Source: a virus (taxonomy: Duplodnaviria; Caudoviricetes). From it: 64,000 nucleotides of DNA. The position numbers and the translations under genes are program-made. The notes beneath the pieces were generated by a model that saw nothing but the letters and a program-made list of their open reading frames with translations, did no database searches and was not told the DNA's origin. This document shows, piece after piece, positions 18,219 to 28,439 of this stretch (position 1 is the stretch's first letter; each line of letters begins with the position of its first letter). The stretch lies in the IMG/VR virus record IMGVR_UViG_3300036944_001066, positions 391 to 64,390 of that record. One strand, written 5' to 3'.

Positions 18219-18952
18219 CCGACCGCCCCATCCTATTCAGCGCCCCCATGGTCCGCGCTTTGCTCGCCGGCACCAAGACGCAGACGCGGCGAGCGGTCAA
18301 GCCGCAGCCTATGCCGGATATGGGCCTGATTGGCCTCTATGCGCCGGGTCTCACTGCCGTGTTTGGATACGAAACACCGGATGCCGACCACAAGGTGCGG
18401 CTTCGCTTCATGCCGGGCGACCGCCTATGGGTGCGTGAAAGCGGCCATCTGTTGCGCGAGGCATACGACCACAATCCTTCCACCCGAGAGGATATGTGGC
18501 GGGATGCAGGGTTCAAGCACGCAGCGGACGGTGCCATCGTCAGCGCTCGCGAATACGACCCGCCAATCACTGAATGGATCGATGATTGCAGCATGACTAG
18601 CCGGCCGTCGATCCACATGCCGCGCTGGGCATCCCGCCTGACACTCACCGTCACCGACGTGCGCGTCGAGCGCCTGCAGGACATCACCGAAGCGGATGCG
18701 ATTGCTGAAGGCATAGAGACGAAGACCGTAGTGGCCAAGCTTCCAGGTGGCACACTGGAATGGGAACTTTCCGCAGTACCCGGCGAGTTCGGGGTCATGG
18801 CATCCCCTATTTCAGCCGTCGATTATTACGCCGACCTTTGGAACCACATCAACGGCGCTAGCGCATGGGACGCCAACCCCTGGGTGGCCGCCTACACCTT
18901 CACCGTCGAAAAGCGGAACATCGACCACATCGAGGTGCCGTCCAATGACTGA
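18215..18952 (+). CDS. ASCH/PUA-like phage protein
   Basis: RPILFSAPMVRALLAGTKTQTRR, PGDRLWVRE, PSIHMPRWASR, WDANPWV. Confidence 0.85.
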   Translation: MTDRPILFSAPMVRALLAGTKTQTRRAVKPQPMPDMGLIGLYAPGLTAVFGYETPDADHKVRLRFMPGDRLWVRESGHLLREAYDHNPSTREDMWRDAGFKHAADGAIVSAREYDPPITEWIDDCSMTSRPSIHMPRWASRLTLTVTDVRVERLQDITEADAIAEGIETKTVVAKLPGGTLEWELSAVPGEFGVMASPISAVDYYADLWNHINGASAWDANPWVAAYTFTVEKRNIDHIEVPSND

Positions 18953-19127
18953 CACCCGCGCCGTTTACGGCAAGTGCCCGAAGTGCTCGCACGTGTTCTT
19001 CGTAATCCAACTTCCTGCGCCACTGATCTTGGCCGCAGGAGCGATGCAGAATGCTGCCTGCACGGAATGTGGAACGAAGAAGGGCATCACGATCGCGCAC
19101 TCCACAGAGGTGCCATCCAATGTCTGA
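18945..19127 (+). CDS. Small Zn-ribbon protein
   Basis: CPKC...CTEC. Confidence 0.6.
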   Translation: MTDTRAVYGKCPKCSHVFFVIQLPAPLILAAGAMQNAACTECGTKKGITIAHSTEVPSNV

Positions 19128-19389
19128 CCTTACCACTATTCGGCTACCTCCAATCCGCTGCGCGATTTGCGACAAACTTGTCGATAGCGCTCAGTTCTAT
19201 GCCGATCCGTTCATGAGTGCAGTGCGCATTCGCGTCTGGTGCCATGGAGAGACCGACACAATGGCTCTGACACAGAAGTTCATGGTTGAGATTGGGCCTG
19301 AAGCTTATGAAAACCTCGTTCGCGAAGGTGGGACAGCATTCTTGGCACAGGGTATTGCCTCGCCGCTGCAGGAGATCGCCAATGGCTGA
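19120..19389 (+). CDS. Hypothetical protein
   Basis: CAIC...CHG; RBS GAGGTG. Confidence 0.6.
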   Translation: MSDLTTIRLPPIRCAICDKLVDSAQFYADPFMSAVRIRVWCHGETDTMALTQKFMVEIGPEAYENLVREGGTAFLAQGIASPLQEIANG

Positions 19390-20284
19390 AACCTCCGCAA
19401 TCGAGTGGACCGACGCCACGGTGAACTTCTGGTGGGGCTGCACAAAGGTCTCCCCCGGCTGCGACAATTGCTATGCCGAGACGTGGAATGCGTTTCGCGG
19501 CAACGGCCTTTGGGGACCAGGTGCGCCGCGCCGGCCGATCAAAGGGGCCGCCGCCCTGCTGCGCCGGTTGAACAACACGGCCGACACTTTCGAATCGCAG
19601 CACGGGCGCCCGCGCCGCGTGTTCATGCAGTCCATGTCCGACGTCTTTGACAACGAGGTGGATGATAGCTGGACGTTGGCGCTTTGCCGCGGCGCTGAAG
19701 ATGCGCCTCGCCTTCGCATCCAGATGCTCACCAAGCGCATCGGCAACGTGGAGAAGCGCGTGCCGGATGGCTGGCGGATCGGCGGCTGGCCGCCCCACAT
19801 CGGCCTGATGATCTCGATCTGCACCAATGCCGAGGCGCGCCGCGACGTCAAGAAACTGCGCGACCTGAAGAAGCGCCTGGGCATCCCGTGGGTCGGCATC
19901 AGCGCCGAGCCGATGCTTGAGCCCCTACCCGATCTGGATCTGACTGACATCGACTGGTGCATCGTCGGCGGCGAAAGCGGCAAGCATGCACGGCCTACGC
20001 ATCCACGCTGGGTGCAGCAGATCCGCGACCGGGCGGCGAGATCCGGCACCGCCTTCTTTTTCAAGCAGTGGGGCGAGTGGTTGCCGGATCTGGAAGCCCC
20101 GGCTGATCTCCTCGACGAGTTGCGGCGCACGCGGGTCGAGCGGCAGGAACTGCACTCCGATCCGAACCCATTCGCCACGATGCGCTTCGACACGCGCACG
20201 TTCTATCGCGCCGGCAAGAAGCGGTCTGGATCGCTCCTGGACGGCAACACCTATCACGCATTCCCCAAGGAGATTTTGAGATGA
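19382..20284 (+). CDS. Gp37/Gp68 (DUF5131) radical-SAM-like protein
   Basis: IEWTD, GCTKVSPGCDNCYA, SMSDVF, VGGESG, FFFKQWG. Confidence 0.9.
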   Translation: MAETSAIEWTDATVNFWWGCTKVSPGCDNCYAETWNAFRGNGLWGPGAPRRPIKGAAALLRRLNNTADTFESQHGRPRRVFMQSMSDVFDNEVDDSWTLALCRGAEDAPRLRIQMLTKRIGNVEKRVPDGWRIGGWPPHIGLMISICTNAEARRDVKKLRDLKKRLGIPWVGISAEPMLEPLPDLDLTDIDWCIVGGESGKHARPTHPRWVQQIRDRAARSGTAFFFKQWGEWLPDLEAPADLLDELRRTRVERQELHSDPNPFATMRFDTRTFYRAGKKRSGSLLDGNTYHAFPKEILR

Positions 20285-20706
20285 GCGCGCTCAGTTCACA
20301 ACAGCTGCAAGTCCTTCGCACGATGGACAAATGCGACAAAATTGGCGTCGACGGAGTGGTCGATCTGCTGCAGAAACCGCCAGAAGAATTTGGCGCAGGC
20401 CTCAATGCCATTCAAGCCGGCCTTGTTGGGCTCTTCCTTGGCTGCAAAGCTGATAATTCACAGGACGCTATCTCCAATATGGAGAGTTTTTTTTCCCGAG
20501 CAAAAAAAGTCACCGCGCGCATTGAACTGATGGTTCACCTCGACAGCTTGCCTGTCGATGGTGGCACGAAAACGGCATGGGATGCTTTGATCGTCATGCC
20601 TGTTAACGCTGACGAAACGTGGAGCAATGGCCGGCGCCCTGCCAACCTGGCGTGGGCTCTGGACGATATTATTTCTGTGCTCTCAACGGCAGGAATGGCG
20701 GCATGA
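20281..20706 (+). CDS. Hypothetical protein
   Basis: ATGA-coupled ORF, lower GC. Confidence 0.6.
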   Translation: MSALSSQQLQVLRTMDKCDKIGVDGVVDLLQKPPEEFGAGLNAIQAGLVGLFLGCKADNSQDAISNMESFFSRAKKVTARIELMVHLDSLPVDGGTKTAWDALIVMPVNADETWSNGRRPANLAWALDDIISVLSTAGMAA

Positions 20707-21185
20707 CCGGCAAGTACAAAACCCACTACCTGCCTGGCATCTGGATAGACGAGATTATCCCCTGCCCGCTGGCCAACGTGAATGACTTCGTTCACCGCAT
20801 GCCGGATGGCACCTTCATGATGATGCCGGTGGACCCTGATGAGCAGGATGAAAGCTGGCGCACGCCGCTTGAAGACGGCCAGATCATGCTTTTTGGCGTC
20901 AATGAGCATTACGGGTGGTTCAACGTCACCATTGGTGATGACGGCACCGTCTCTGCGCCTGAATGGCCGGAGAAGGCAAACTGCTTTTGCCTGCATGGCG
21001 ACATCAATTTGCTCGTCGATACCCTCGATGAGGCGATTGCCAATGGCGACGAGAATATGGCGCCGCTCGGGCCGGGCACGCACGACTTCCACGTCTACTG
21101 GTGGGCAGACGACGAGGCGTCGTTCCGCTTCGTCGTCGCCGATGACGGCACCGGGCGTTTCGAGCCCTGCGCCGGCCTGCACTGA
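20703..21185 (+). CDS. Acidic hypothetical protein
   Basis: ATGA-coupled ORF. Confidence 0.6.
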   Translation: MTGKYKTHYLPGIWIDEIIPCPLANVNDFVHRMPDGTFMMMPVDPDEQDESWRTPLEDGQIMLFGVNEHYGWFNVTIGDDGTVSAPEWPEKANCFCLHGDINLLVDTLDEAIANGDENMAPLGPGTHDFHVYWWADDEASFRFVVADDGTGRFEPCAGLH

Positions 21186-21211
21186 ACCCTAACACTCATC
21201 GGAGAATACCC

Positions 21212-21745
21212 ATGGAAGTCATCATTAACGGGGCAGTCCCCAACGATCCTCGCGCCCGTGTCATGGCAATTGAATCCTGCACGCGCGCCATCTGCAAGGC
21301 GTCCGGCGAAGATCCGGCCGACGGCATCATGATGCTGCTGACGGCAGCGGCGCACCTGCACTCGCAATATTCCGGCAAGCCCATTTCGGAAAGCGTTATG
21401 GGCCTCGCGTCCGCGCTTGGGCATGCGACCGTTGCGGCCGAAGGGTTCTTCACCCTGCGTCAAGCAACGCCCACGGTGGCGAACACCTCTGCGCCGGGAC
21501 AGAAGGTGCCCAAAGATCCGCGCGCAATGTTTACCCTCACCATCAAGTCCGCCGAGACACAGGAGATCGGCCGCAAGGCGATTGCTTCTTACGCGGGCAG
21601 TGCCAGCATCGTGATCTTTAGAGCATTGCAGTGGATGAAGCAGGAGGTGCCAAACGCGGAGTTTGTTTCCTTGATTGAGGAGGTAGATCACTCCGAAGCT
21701 TTTCGCGCCGCAGCTATCCAAACCGCAGCGGAGGGCCGCAAGTGA
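21212..21745 (+). CDS. Hypothetical protein
   Basis: 177 aa, RBS GGAG. Confidence 0.65.
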   Translation: MEVIINGAVPNDPRARVMAIESCTRAICKASGEDPADGIMMLLTAAAHLHSQYSGKPISESVMGLASALGHATVAAEGFFTLRQATPTVANTSAPGQKVPKDPRAMFTLTIKSAETQEIGRKAIASYAGSASIVIFRALQWMKQEVPNAEFVSLIEEVDHSEAFRAAAIQTAAEGRK

Positions 21746-22662
21746 TGCCTATCATCCCTGAATATCGTCCCGAGATCTGCATCTATCACGGCGATTGCCT
21801 TGACGGCTTTGGTGCCGCGTGGGCCATCAGCCTGAAGTGGGCATGCGACTTCCGCCCCGGCTGGTACGGCAAGCCGCTCCCGCTTGATGGCGTTGAGGGC
21901 AAGCATGTGCTCTTCGTTGATTTCTCGGCGCCGGCCGCCGACCTGGTCGCGTTGGCGCAGCGCGCGGCAAGCGTCGTGGTGCTGGATCACCACAAAACTG
22001 CGGAGGCCGAACTGGCGCCGTTCCTGCGCAATAAGCACGATATCGATTCTTGCTATCAGCATCTTGCGGATTGCATCAGCGACGACAAGCCGCCGATTGT
22101 TGCCTATTTCGACATGGAGCGCTCGGGCGCATCCATGGCGTGGGAATTGGCCTCTCAGGGCGGGCCATATCGCATGCCGGACCTGTTGGCCTTCATCGAG
22201 GACCGCGACCTCTGGCGGTTCCGCATGGGCGACACCACGCGGGCGGTTTGCGCGGCGCTGCAGAGCTACCCCATGGATTTCGAGACGTGGGGCCGCTGGC
22301 GTCATTCCGCGTCCGATCTTATCAACGAGGGGCATGCCATTCTGCGTGCCAACCGGATGACGGTGGAGAAGCTTCTGCGCTCCACCAGGTGGGAGGAGAT
22401 CGCCGGGCACAACGTCCCGGTGGTCAACGCTCCCTACCAGTTCGCCAGCGACGTCGGGAACGAGTTGCTGATCGCGCATCCTGACGCGCCTTTTGCTGCG
22501 ACCTTCCACATCGGCGCCGACGGAAGCCGTCACTGGTCCCTGCGATCCACCGATGAGCGCCGCGACGTTTCCGCGATTGCAACCATGTTTGGCGGCGGCG
22601 GCCATCGCAACGCCGCCGGCTTCAAGCAGACGGTCTACCGGCCGGAGGAGGTTTCGCCATGA
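21745..22662 (+). CDS. DHH/DHHA1 phosphoesterase
   Basis: YHGDCLDG, VDF, LDHH, DRDLW, SLRS, GGGGHRNAAG. Confidence 0.9.
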   Translation: MPIIPEYRPEICIYHGDCLDGFGAAWAISLKWACDFRPGWYGKPLPLDGVEGKHVLFVDFSAPAADLVALAQRAASVVVLDHHKTAEAELAPFLRNKHDIDSCYQHLADCISDDKPPIVAYFDMERSGASMAWELASQGGPYRMPDLLAFIEDRDLWRFRMGDTTRAVCAALQSYPMDFETWGRWRHSASDLINEGHAILRANRMTVEKLLRSTRWEEIAGHNVPVVNAPYQFASDVGNELLIAHPDAPFAATFHIGADGSRHWSLRSTDERRDVSAIATMFGGGGHRNAAGFKQTVYRPEEVSP

Positions 22663-23012
22663 AACCCAAGGAATTCCGCACAGAACTGGTGAAGATCATG
22701 CCGTTCTACGACTGGACCGTTTCCAAGACGTCCACCGAAGAGCGCATGGTTGGCACGGGCACGCAAAGCAGCGGCTTCAACCGGCTTTCCACCTTGCAGG
22801 TGATCCGCACAGACAAGGGCGCTGACGTCTTCTACGAGGCGCGCTCGGCAGGCCACGGAACGCGCTCCCCGTGGCTTGCCGCGCACACAGACACGACGCT
22901 CGCCCGCGCGCTTCGCGGCCTGCAGGGTCACTACGAGCACATGGCCGGGCAGTACCGCGCGCACGCCGCCGCGATGCAAGCTGGGCGGAAAGGCAGAGGG
23001 GCCAAGCCATGA
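22659..23012 (+). CDS. Hypothetical protein
   Basis: ATGA-coupled. Confidence 0.65.
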   Translation: MKPKEFRTELVKIMPFYDWTVSKTSTEERMVGTGTQSSGFNRLSTLQVIRTDKGADVFYEARSAGHGTRSPWLAAHTDTTLARALRGLQGHYEHMAGQYRAHAAAMQAGRKGRGAKP

Positions 23013-23455
23013 CCACGCTCACACCTCAAGACGTTCTTCGCCGCGCTTGCGACCTGCTGCAGGAGGAACGCGACGAAATTTTCAACTCGCACCAGGTCAA
23101 TGGAAAGCTCGAAGTCACCGACGTCTTCACAGCCAGCGCCAACGATCGTGTCCTGCACTTCGACGCCATCATTCAGGCGGCGCAAACCGCAATCGCTCAA
23201 ATTGATGCGGCGATGAAGGATAGGGCTCGCCTAGATTTTCTCGATCGGTGCAATGCCAGCCTCAATGCGCACTACGGCACAAAATACGGCTGGAAGATGG
23301 TCATGAACCACAATGTCAATCGCCTCATGGTCGGGCACCTTGCTGTTGATCTTAGCGATGAACACGCAGGGGGGGCGAGATCCTGCCGCAATGCGATTGA
23401 CGGAGAAATGGTTCGTATCGGTTCCATCGCGCGCCAGCCTCCTGTTGCCACATGA
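23009..23455 (+). CDS. Hypothetical protein
   Basis: ATGA-coupled; DRARLDFL motif. Confidence 0.6.
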   Translation: MTTLTPQDVLRRACDLLQEERDEIFNSHQVNGKLEVTDVFTASANDRVLHFDAIIQAAQTAIAQIDAAMKDRARLDFLDRCNASLNAHYGTKYGWKMVMNHNVNRLMVGHLAVDLSDEHAGGARSCRNAIDGEMVRIGSIARQPPVAT

Positions 23456-23688
23456 CCACGCGCTGCCGCTGGCACAAAGATCAGGACGTCCCCGGCGGGA
23501 GGTTCCTTGTTCCAGGATGCTGGAACCGGGTGATCAACGGCGATGCCGCCGAATGCCATTGCCGCGGCGGCCCGATCAAAAGCCCAACGCCGGAAGAGAT
23601 GATGGAAAAAATCTTGGACCGGCTCGAAAAACTCGAAACCACCATTGCAGCTATGCAGAAACCCAACAGGAGCACGAATAAGTTATGA
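23452..23688 (+). CDS. Hypothetical protein
   Basis: ATGA-coupled; Cys cluster and coiled coil. Confidence 0.55.
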   Translation: MTTRCRWHKDQDVPGGRFLVPGCWNRVINGDAAECHCRGGPIKSPTPEEMMEKILDRLEKLETTIAAMQKPNRSTNKL

Positions 23689-24296
23689 GCATTGATGTGA
23701 TACTTGACCAGTCTTGGGAGACCCTTCTCAACCAGGATGACCGCACCAGCCCGCCGGAATATCCGGATATGTGCCTGATCACGCGCGACGAACTGCAGCA
23801 GTTTCTCAACTCGGCCCAGTTCACCTGGCACGAACAGAAGCGGCACGGCATTTCGATTGAGGAATTGCGCGAGTTGGATTCGGGCAGCGCCATGGGCTAT
23901 TTTGCGCGCGGCCATTTCGAGCGCTACCAATTTGCAGCGGCCTGTAACGACTATACCGGCGCGGATGAACGTTACGATCGGCGCCACGTCCGGCCAGATG
24001 ATTGCCGCCACGAGTGGTGGCGCACTGTCCCGGTCAGCGGCGAGCCGGGCGTCACCTCCTACCACGGTGCTGAGCCGCGCTCACGGGGCGCCTTTGCCGT
24101 GACAGTCACCACAGTAATTGAGGACCGCGAGCGCAAGAACACTCAGCGTTGGATCGACGAGCACAATAAGGGCATCACGCGGGGATTCTCTGACGGCCTG
24201 AATTGGGCGCTGCGCCAGCTGGACCGCATCAATCCCGACACAGGCGGCGAGCTTCTTCGTCTGTACCGCGAAACCAACAAGGCGACAAAGCCATGA
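23685..24296 (+). CDS. Hypothetical protein with DDRTSP.EYPD module
   Basis: ATGA-coupled. Confidence 0.65.
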   Translation: MSIDVILDQSWETLLNQDDRTSPPEYPDMCLITRDELQQFLNSAQFTWHEQKRHGISIEELRELDSGSAMGYFARGHFERYQFAAACNDYTGADERYDRRHVRPDDCRHEWWRTVPVSGEPGVTSYHGAEPRSRGAFAVTVTTVIEDRERKNTQRWIDEHNKGITRGFSDGLNWALRQLDRINPDTGGELLRLYRETNKATKP

Positions 24297-25618
24297 CCGA
24301 CACCACACCCATGCCAGAAGACATCACGATGGCAGCGCACGATGCAGCATTGGCGTTCGTAATGCTGACAGATCGGGAAGAGAGCTTAAGCACTCTGCAC
24401 GTGGCAGAGCAGGAGAAGCTTTTCCACATCATCGCCAGTGCGCTTAAGGCGGAGAGGGAGAAATCCTCGACCATAGCGGCGAATGAAGCCGAACGCCGGA
24501 TCGACAATGAAGAAGGCTATGACGGCGTCAGGGCTTTCGATGCCGCGGTTACCGCTCGCCGGATACAGGCGGCCATTTCAGGCACACCAAACGCGCACTT
24601 AAGCGATGCTGTGCGCGAACGGATAACCGACGACAAGACCCATCCCCGCTTCATCGCGGGTTACGATGCCGGCCTCGCCGACGGCAAGCGCGAGCGCCAT
24701 GGTACCGATGCCCGCCTGCCGCAGGACGTCATCAACCTCGTCATCGCCGCCCGCGAGGCATTCGACACCGGTGACCTTCCAATGATCGAGGAACGCGCAC
24801 TCGACGAGGCGCTGGAAGCTTTCTCCGAGCGCGTGCCTTACGAGAACCAGCCCGACGACGAGGAACCAGCCGTCGCCCTCACCGGCCTCCGGTACCGCCC
24901 CAACGAGTTCGACGACTGGGGCCAGATCCGCAACGCCGACGGCAGCATGTTCGCCAGCGTGCGGCGGCCGGCGTCGGAGGAAGAGCTCGCCGAGCATCGC
25001 CGCGCCGGCACCGATCCTTATGAGGATCTGGCCCGGCGGCTGATGTCCACCTTCGACGCGCCCGCGCCACCGGCATCGCCTGACCCAATCTCTGTGGCAA
25101 AGGCCGCGCTGCAGGCCTGCATAGGCTCGATGGAGGGCGAGTGCGCTGGCAGTCATAAGATCGCGCTGCACCAGGCGGACAAGGCATGCCAGATGATCGC
25201 GGGCCTTGCCCGGCCTGCATCCCCTGACCCCATCGGCTGGTGGTACGAGGACAAGCACGGCTGCATCCTCATGTCGCTCGACATGGCGCTCGGCCGCCGG
25301 CACGAAGCCGAAAACGGCGCCCAACTCAACCTGCTTTACGGCAAGCCGCTCCCGGGCACCGCCCCCACACCCTCAACACATGTGGTGGTGTCAACCACGG
25401 CTGTTGACCACAACGGCGAGCACATCGAAGCACTCGTTCCAGCCAGAGAAATCCTGATCGCTGACGAGATCGAACGCGTCGTGCAATCCGTCAACGAATG
25501 GGACGATCGCACATCGCCCGACGACTATCCCGACCATCTGCTGATCACGTCGGAGGAACTGACCGACATCTTGTGCAACTTCGCCGAAACCCTCGCTACC
25601 TCGGAGGCATCACGATGA
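24293..25618 (+). CDS. Mosaic multi-module hypothetical protein
   Basis: 441 aa; repeated PASPDPI linkers; C-terminal DDRTSP module. Confidence 0.65.
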   Translation: MTDTTPMPEDITMAAHDAALAFVMLTDREESLSTLHVAEQEKLFHIIASALKAEREKSSTIAANEAERRIDNEEGYDGVRAFDAAVTARRIQAAISGTPNAHLSDAVRERITDDKTHPRFIAGYDAGLADGKRERHGTDARLPQDVINLVIAAREAFDTGDLPMIEERALDEALEAFSERVPYENQPDDEEPAVALTGLRYRPNEFDDWGQIRNADGSMFASVRRPASEEELAEHRRAGTDPYEDLARRLMSTFDAPAPPASPDPISVAKAALQACIGSMEGECAGSHKIALHQADKACQMIAGLARPASPDPIGWWYEDKHGCILMSLDMALGRRHEAENGAQLNLLYGKPLPGTAPTPSTHVVVSTTAVDHNGEHIEALVPAREILIADEIERVVQSVNEWDDRTSPDDYPDHLLITSEELTDILCNFAETLATSEASR

Positions 25619-26346
25619 GCCTGCCTATTCTCACGATGACCGGAATTGACGCGAAGACCGACCCGAAGTGGATCAGGTCGATGCTCGGGAATTATGTCTT
25701 GAAGAACGGATACAGCGGCCTTGAGTTTGCGATCCTCCGGTCTCCAAAGGTCGACCAGTCCCCGCGATACCCCACTCGGGACGTCATCAAGCGGCTGGTC
25801 AGCGAAGCACATCCCGGCGATTTCGCCTTTCACCTTTGCGGCAGGTATGCCCGCATGGTTCATAGCCTCGAATGGGCAGAGCTCTGCGACATCATAGATT
25901 TCAGCATGGTTGGTCGCGTTCAGGTCAACTCGACGGAGGCGGACGAGAAGGCCATTCTGACGCTTTGGCGGTTCAGCCAGCACATCAACAAGCCCGTAAT
26001 CATGCAGTGGCGAGCCGATGAATTTCCGTCGGTTCCTCACACGGTCCACCTGCTGCAGGACCGTAGTGGCGGGACCGGCCTTGCTGAAACAAGATGGGCC
26101 GTCCCTGACCAGTCAACGCAGCGGGGCCGAAACTATGCACCCATCGGTTACGCCGGTGGCCTTAGCCCTATCAACGTGGCCGACGCCCTTGCCAAGATCA
26201 AACCGCTCTCGCGAGGCCGGCGCTTTTGGGTTGACTGCGAAAGCAGCCTCCGAACTGACGACTGGTTCGATCAAGCGAAAGCTGAGGCTATGGCGGACGC
26301 TGTTCACGCCGCGCTACCGGATACGTTTCAGGAGGTTCGGCCATGA
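25615..26346 (+). CDS. PRAI (TrpF)-like TIM-barrel phage protein
   Basis: TMTGID, HLCG, RVQVN, DRSGGTG, GYAGGLSP.NV, WVDCESSLRTDD. Confidence 0.75.
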   Translation: MSLPILTMTGIDAKTDPKWIRSMLGNYVLKNGYSGLEFAILRSPKVDQSPRYPTRDVIKRLVSEAHPGDFAFHLCGRYARMVHSLEWAELCDIIDFSMVGRVQVNSTEADEKAILTLWRFSQHINKPVIMQWRADEFPSVPHTVHLLQDRSGGTGLAETRWAVPDQSTQRGRNYAPIGYAGGLSPINVADALAKIKPLSRGRRFWVDCESSLRTDDWFDQAKAEAMADAVHAALPDTFQEVRP

Positions 26347-26380
26347 CCCCATCGCCCCAACCGAGGGAGGGGGTGCCGGA

Positions 26381-26671
26381 ATGACCACCCGGATTACCTG
26401 CTGCGTGCCTTTCTGCAAACGCAGCTATCACAACCGAGAGGAATATACGGCTTGGATCTGCGCGCCTCATTGGCGCGCAGTTTCTGTTTTGAAGCGCCGT
26501 CGCTGTAGCAAGATGCGGCGGCAGTATCTTCGGAGATTTGGCGCCAACCCGCCGTGGGCCTACAAGGGCGGTTCGCCCGATCGCCTGGCGGCTGCGAAGC
26601 TCTACCGTCTTCGCAACAAGGCATGGGATTCGTGCATGCGGCAGGCTATCGAACGGGCAATGGGCATCTGA
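26381..26671 (+). CDS. Basic Cys-rich hypothetical protein
   Basis: CCVPFC...ICAPHW. Confidence 0.6.
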   Translation: MTTRITCCVPFCKRSYHNREEYTAWICAPHWRAVSVLKRRRCSKMRRQYLRRFGANPPWAYKGGSPDRLAAAKLYRLRNKAWDSCMRQAIERAMGI

Positions 26672-26699
26672 TTTCGGGAATAAATGTGGAAATCCTAGC

Positions 26700-26965
26700 C
26701 CCGTCAAAAGCGGGTATAGAGGCGGGTATTATTCGAATTTGCCCTTTTTATTTTCCAGCAAAATCAACACCCTGCGGACCTTAAGTCGAAAGACACCTCT
26801 TCCGCCATTCTTATATCCGAGATTGTCCATATACGTCCTTAACCCCCTTGAAAACCTAGCTTTTTTGCTGCACTTTAGTCCGTATGTGTCCGGGATAAAC
26901 CGGATTAATCCGAAGCAAAAGCGGGTATAATGGCGGGTATAGAAATCAAAAAAGGCGGGTATAGG
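26700..26965. other. Putative intact attP: tRNA-Ser-like core flanked by integrase arm sites
   Basis: Core CACCTCTTCCGCCA 26794-26807; GCGGGTAT at 26710, 26722, 26921, 26933, 26955; 10-bp-phased TCC repeats. Confidence 0.8.
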
Positions 26966-26973
26966 AGAAATGC

Positions 26974-28248
26974 GTGGCGGCGCTGACGGATACCCAATGC
27001 CGCAAGGCGAAAGCGGCCAAAAAGAACTACAAACTACCCGACGGTCGCGGGCTTCAGCTATTCATAAGTCCGACCGGACTTAAGTCGTGGCAATATCGCT
27101 ATAAGCTGAAAGGCGGTTCCGAAAAGGTATTGACGATCGGCAACTATCCAGAGGTGTCGCTGGCTGACGCACGAACCCATCGAGACAAAGCGCGCGCCGA
27201 ACTGAACGCCGGGAAAGATCCAGCCATCGTCAAACGGCTCAGCAAGCTGACTGCGCAGCGCAACGGCGAACACACATTCGAGGTTGTGGCGCGTGAGTGG
27301 TGGGAGTTCCAGAAACCGAACTGGGTCGCGCAGCATGCGAAGGACGTTCTCGACAGCCTTGTCGAAGAGGTGTTCCCTCATATCGGATCGGCACCGATAA
27401 AGGATCTGTCCCCGGTTGAGGTGCTGGCCGTCCTGCGCATGATCGAACAGCGAGGCGCGATCGAGACAGCACGTCGAGTGCGGCAGCGCATGTCGGCCGT
27501 GTTCGTCTATGCCATCGCTTCAGGTCGCGGCGATACTGATCCAGCCGCCGTCGTGCAGAAAGCAATGTCCCCTCTCATGAAGGGACGTCAGCCGGCGATC
27601 ACCAACCTGTTGCAGGCACGCACCATGCTGCGGCGGGTAGAGACGAACCCCAGTCACCCGGTAACGCAGCTGGCAATGCGCATCCTCGCGCTCACGGCAG
27701 TTCGCCCAGGCTCGCTGCTCACCACGCCTTGGAGCGAATGGACGGATGAGGTGCTGGAAGAGGGCCTGTGGCTCATTCCGGCCGAGCGCATGAAACTGAA
27801 GATGGCGCAGAAGGTGAACGACGAGAAATCGCACATCGTGCCATTGTCGAGCCAATGCGTCGAGGCGATCCGGGCGGTGCGCCGCATCACCGGGCGCGGT
27901 CCCTATGCGTTCCCGAATGGCCGCAGCGCGCACAAAACGATGTCAGGCAACGCCTTGGGGTATCTCCTCAACCGATCCGGATATCATCACAAGCACGTGC
28001 CGCACGGATGGCGCGCGACGTTCTCATCAGTGATGAATGAGAATTTCCCGGGAGACAAGCACATCATCGACCTGATGCTGGCACACGTGCCGAAGGACAA
28101 GGTGGAAGGCGCCTATAACCGCGCGCTGCACTTGAAGCGCCGCATCCAACTGGCGCAGGAATGGGCAGACCTCATAATGAAAGACGCCCCCGCAGCGGAT
28201 AGTTTGCTGCCGAGGGCGCGTAAAATTCTAAAAGACGCCGAGAACTAG
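26974..28248 (+). CDS. int: P4-like tyrosine integrase
   Basis: Arm-binding domain (DGRGL, IGNYPEVSLADAR); catalytic R (TAVR), HGWR, LAH, AYNR. Confidence 0.95.
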   Translation: MAALTDTQCRKAKAAKKNYKLPDGRGLQLFISPTGLKSWQYRYKLKGGSEKVLTIGNYPEVSLADARTHRDKARAELNAGKDPAIVKRLSKLTAQRNGEHTFEVVAREWWEFQKPNWVAQHAKDVLDSLVEEVFPHIGSAPIKDLSPVEVLAVLRMIEQRGAIETARRVRQRMSAVFVYAIASGRGDTDPAAVVQKAMSPLMKGRQPAITNLLQARTMLRRVETNPSHPVTQLAMRILALTAVRPGSLLTTPWSEWTDEVLEEGLWLIPAERMKLKMAQKVNDEKSHIVPLSSQCVEAIRAVRRITGRGPYAFPNGRSAHKTMSGNALGYLLNRSGYHHKHVPHGWRATFSSVMNENFPGDKHIIDLMLAHVPKDKVEGAYNRALHLKRRIQLAQEWADLIMKDAPAADSLLPRARKILKDAEN

Positions 28249-28439
28249 GACCGCTTTTCGGTTTTCGTATCGCTACCTGTCTGAGCCCAAAAATCACTTG
28301 GATTAAGTACAGCGGCGTGATCGCCCGTCATAAGCATTATTGCAGTGCCGTGCTGGCAAACAGACCGATAAATCTGATCAAGAAGCCGTTCCCGGCTTGG
28401 ACGCAGCACATCTTCCAGCGCCTGTTCTATCTTATTCAT
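28245..28439 (-). CDS. Hypothetical protein
   Basis: Last gene of the xis operon, convergent with int. Confidence 0.5.
   Translation of the reverse strand: MNKIEQALEDVLRPSRERLLDQIYRSVCQHGTAIMLMTGDHAAVLNPSDFWAQTGSDTKTEKRS

Noticed and set aside
23481-24731. CAGGACGT matches inside coding sequence (~23482, ~24722)
   Set aside because: They lack the GCRC/GTGC stem and leader position, so they are not counted as motif copies
26780-26810. tRNA gene
   Set aside because: Only a ~14-nt 3'-end-like core (…TCCGCCA) is present; no T-loop GTTCGA or cloverleaf
26710-26962. GCGGGTAT repeats as CRISPR array or iterons
   Set aside because: 8-bp units in a 2+3 arrangement around a core next to an integrase fit arm-type sites; no spacers or cas genes
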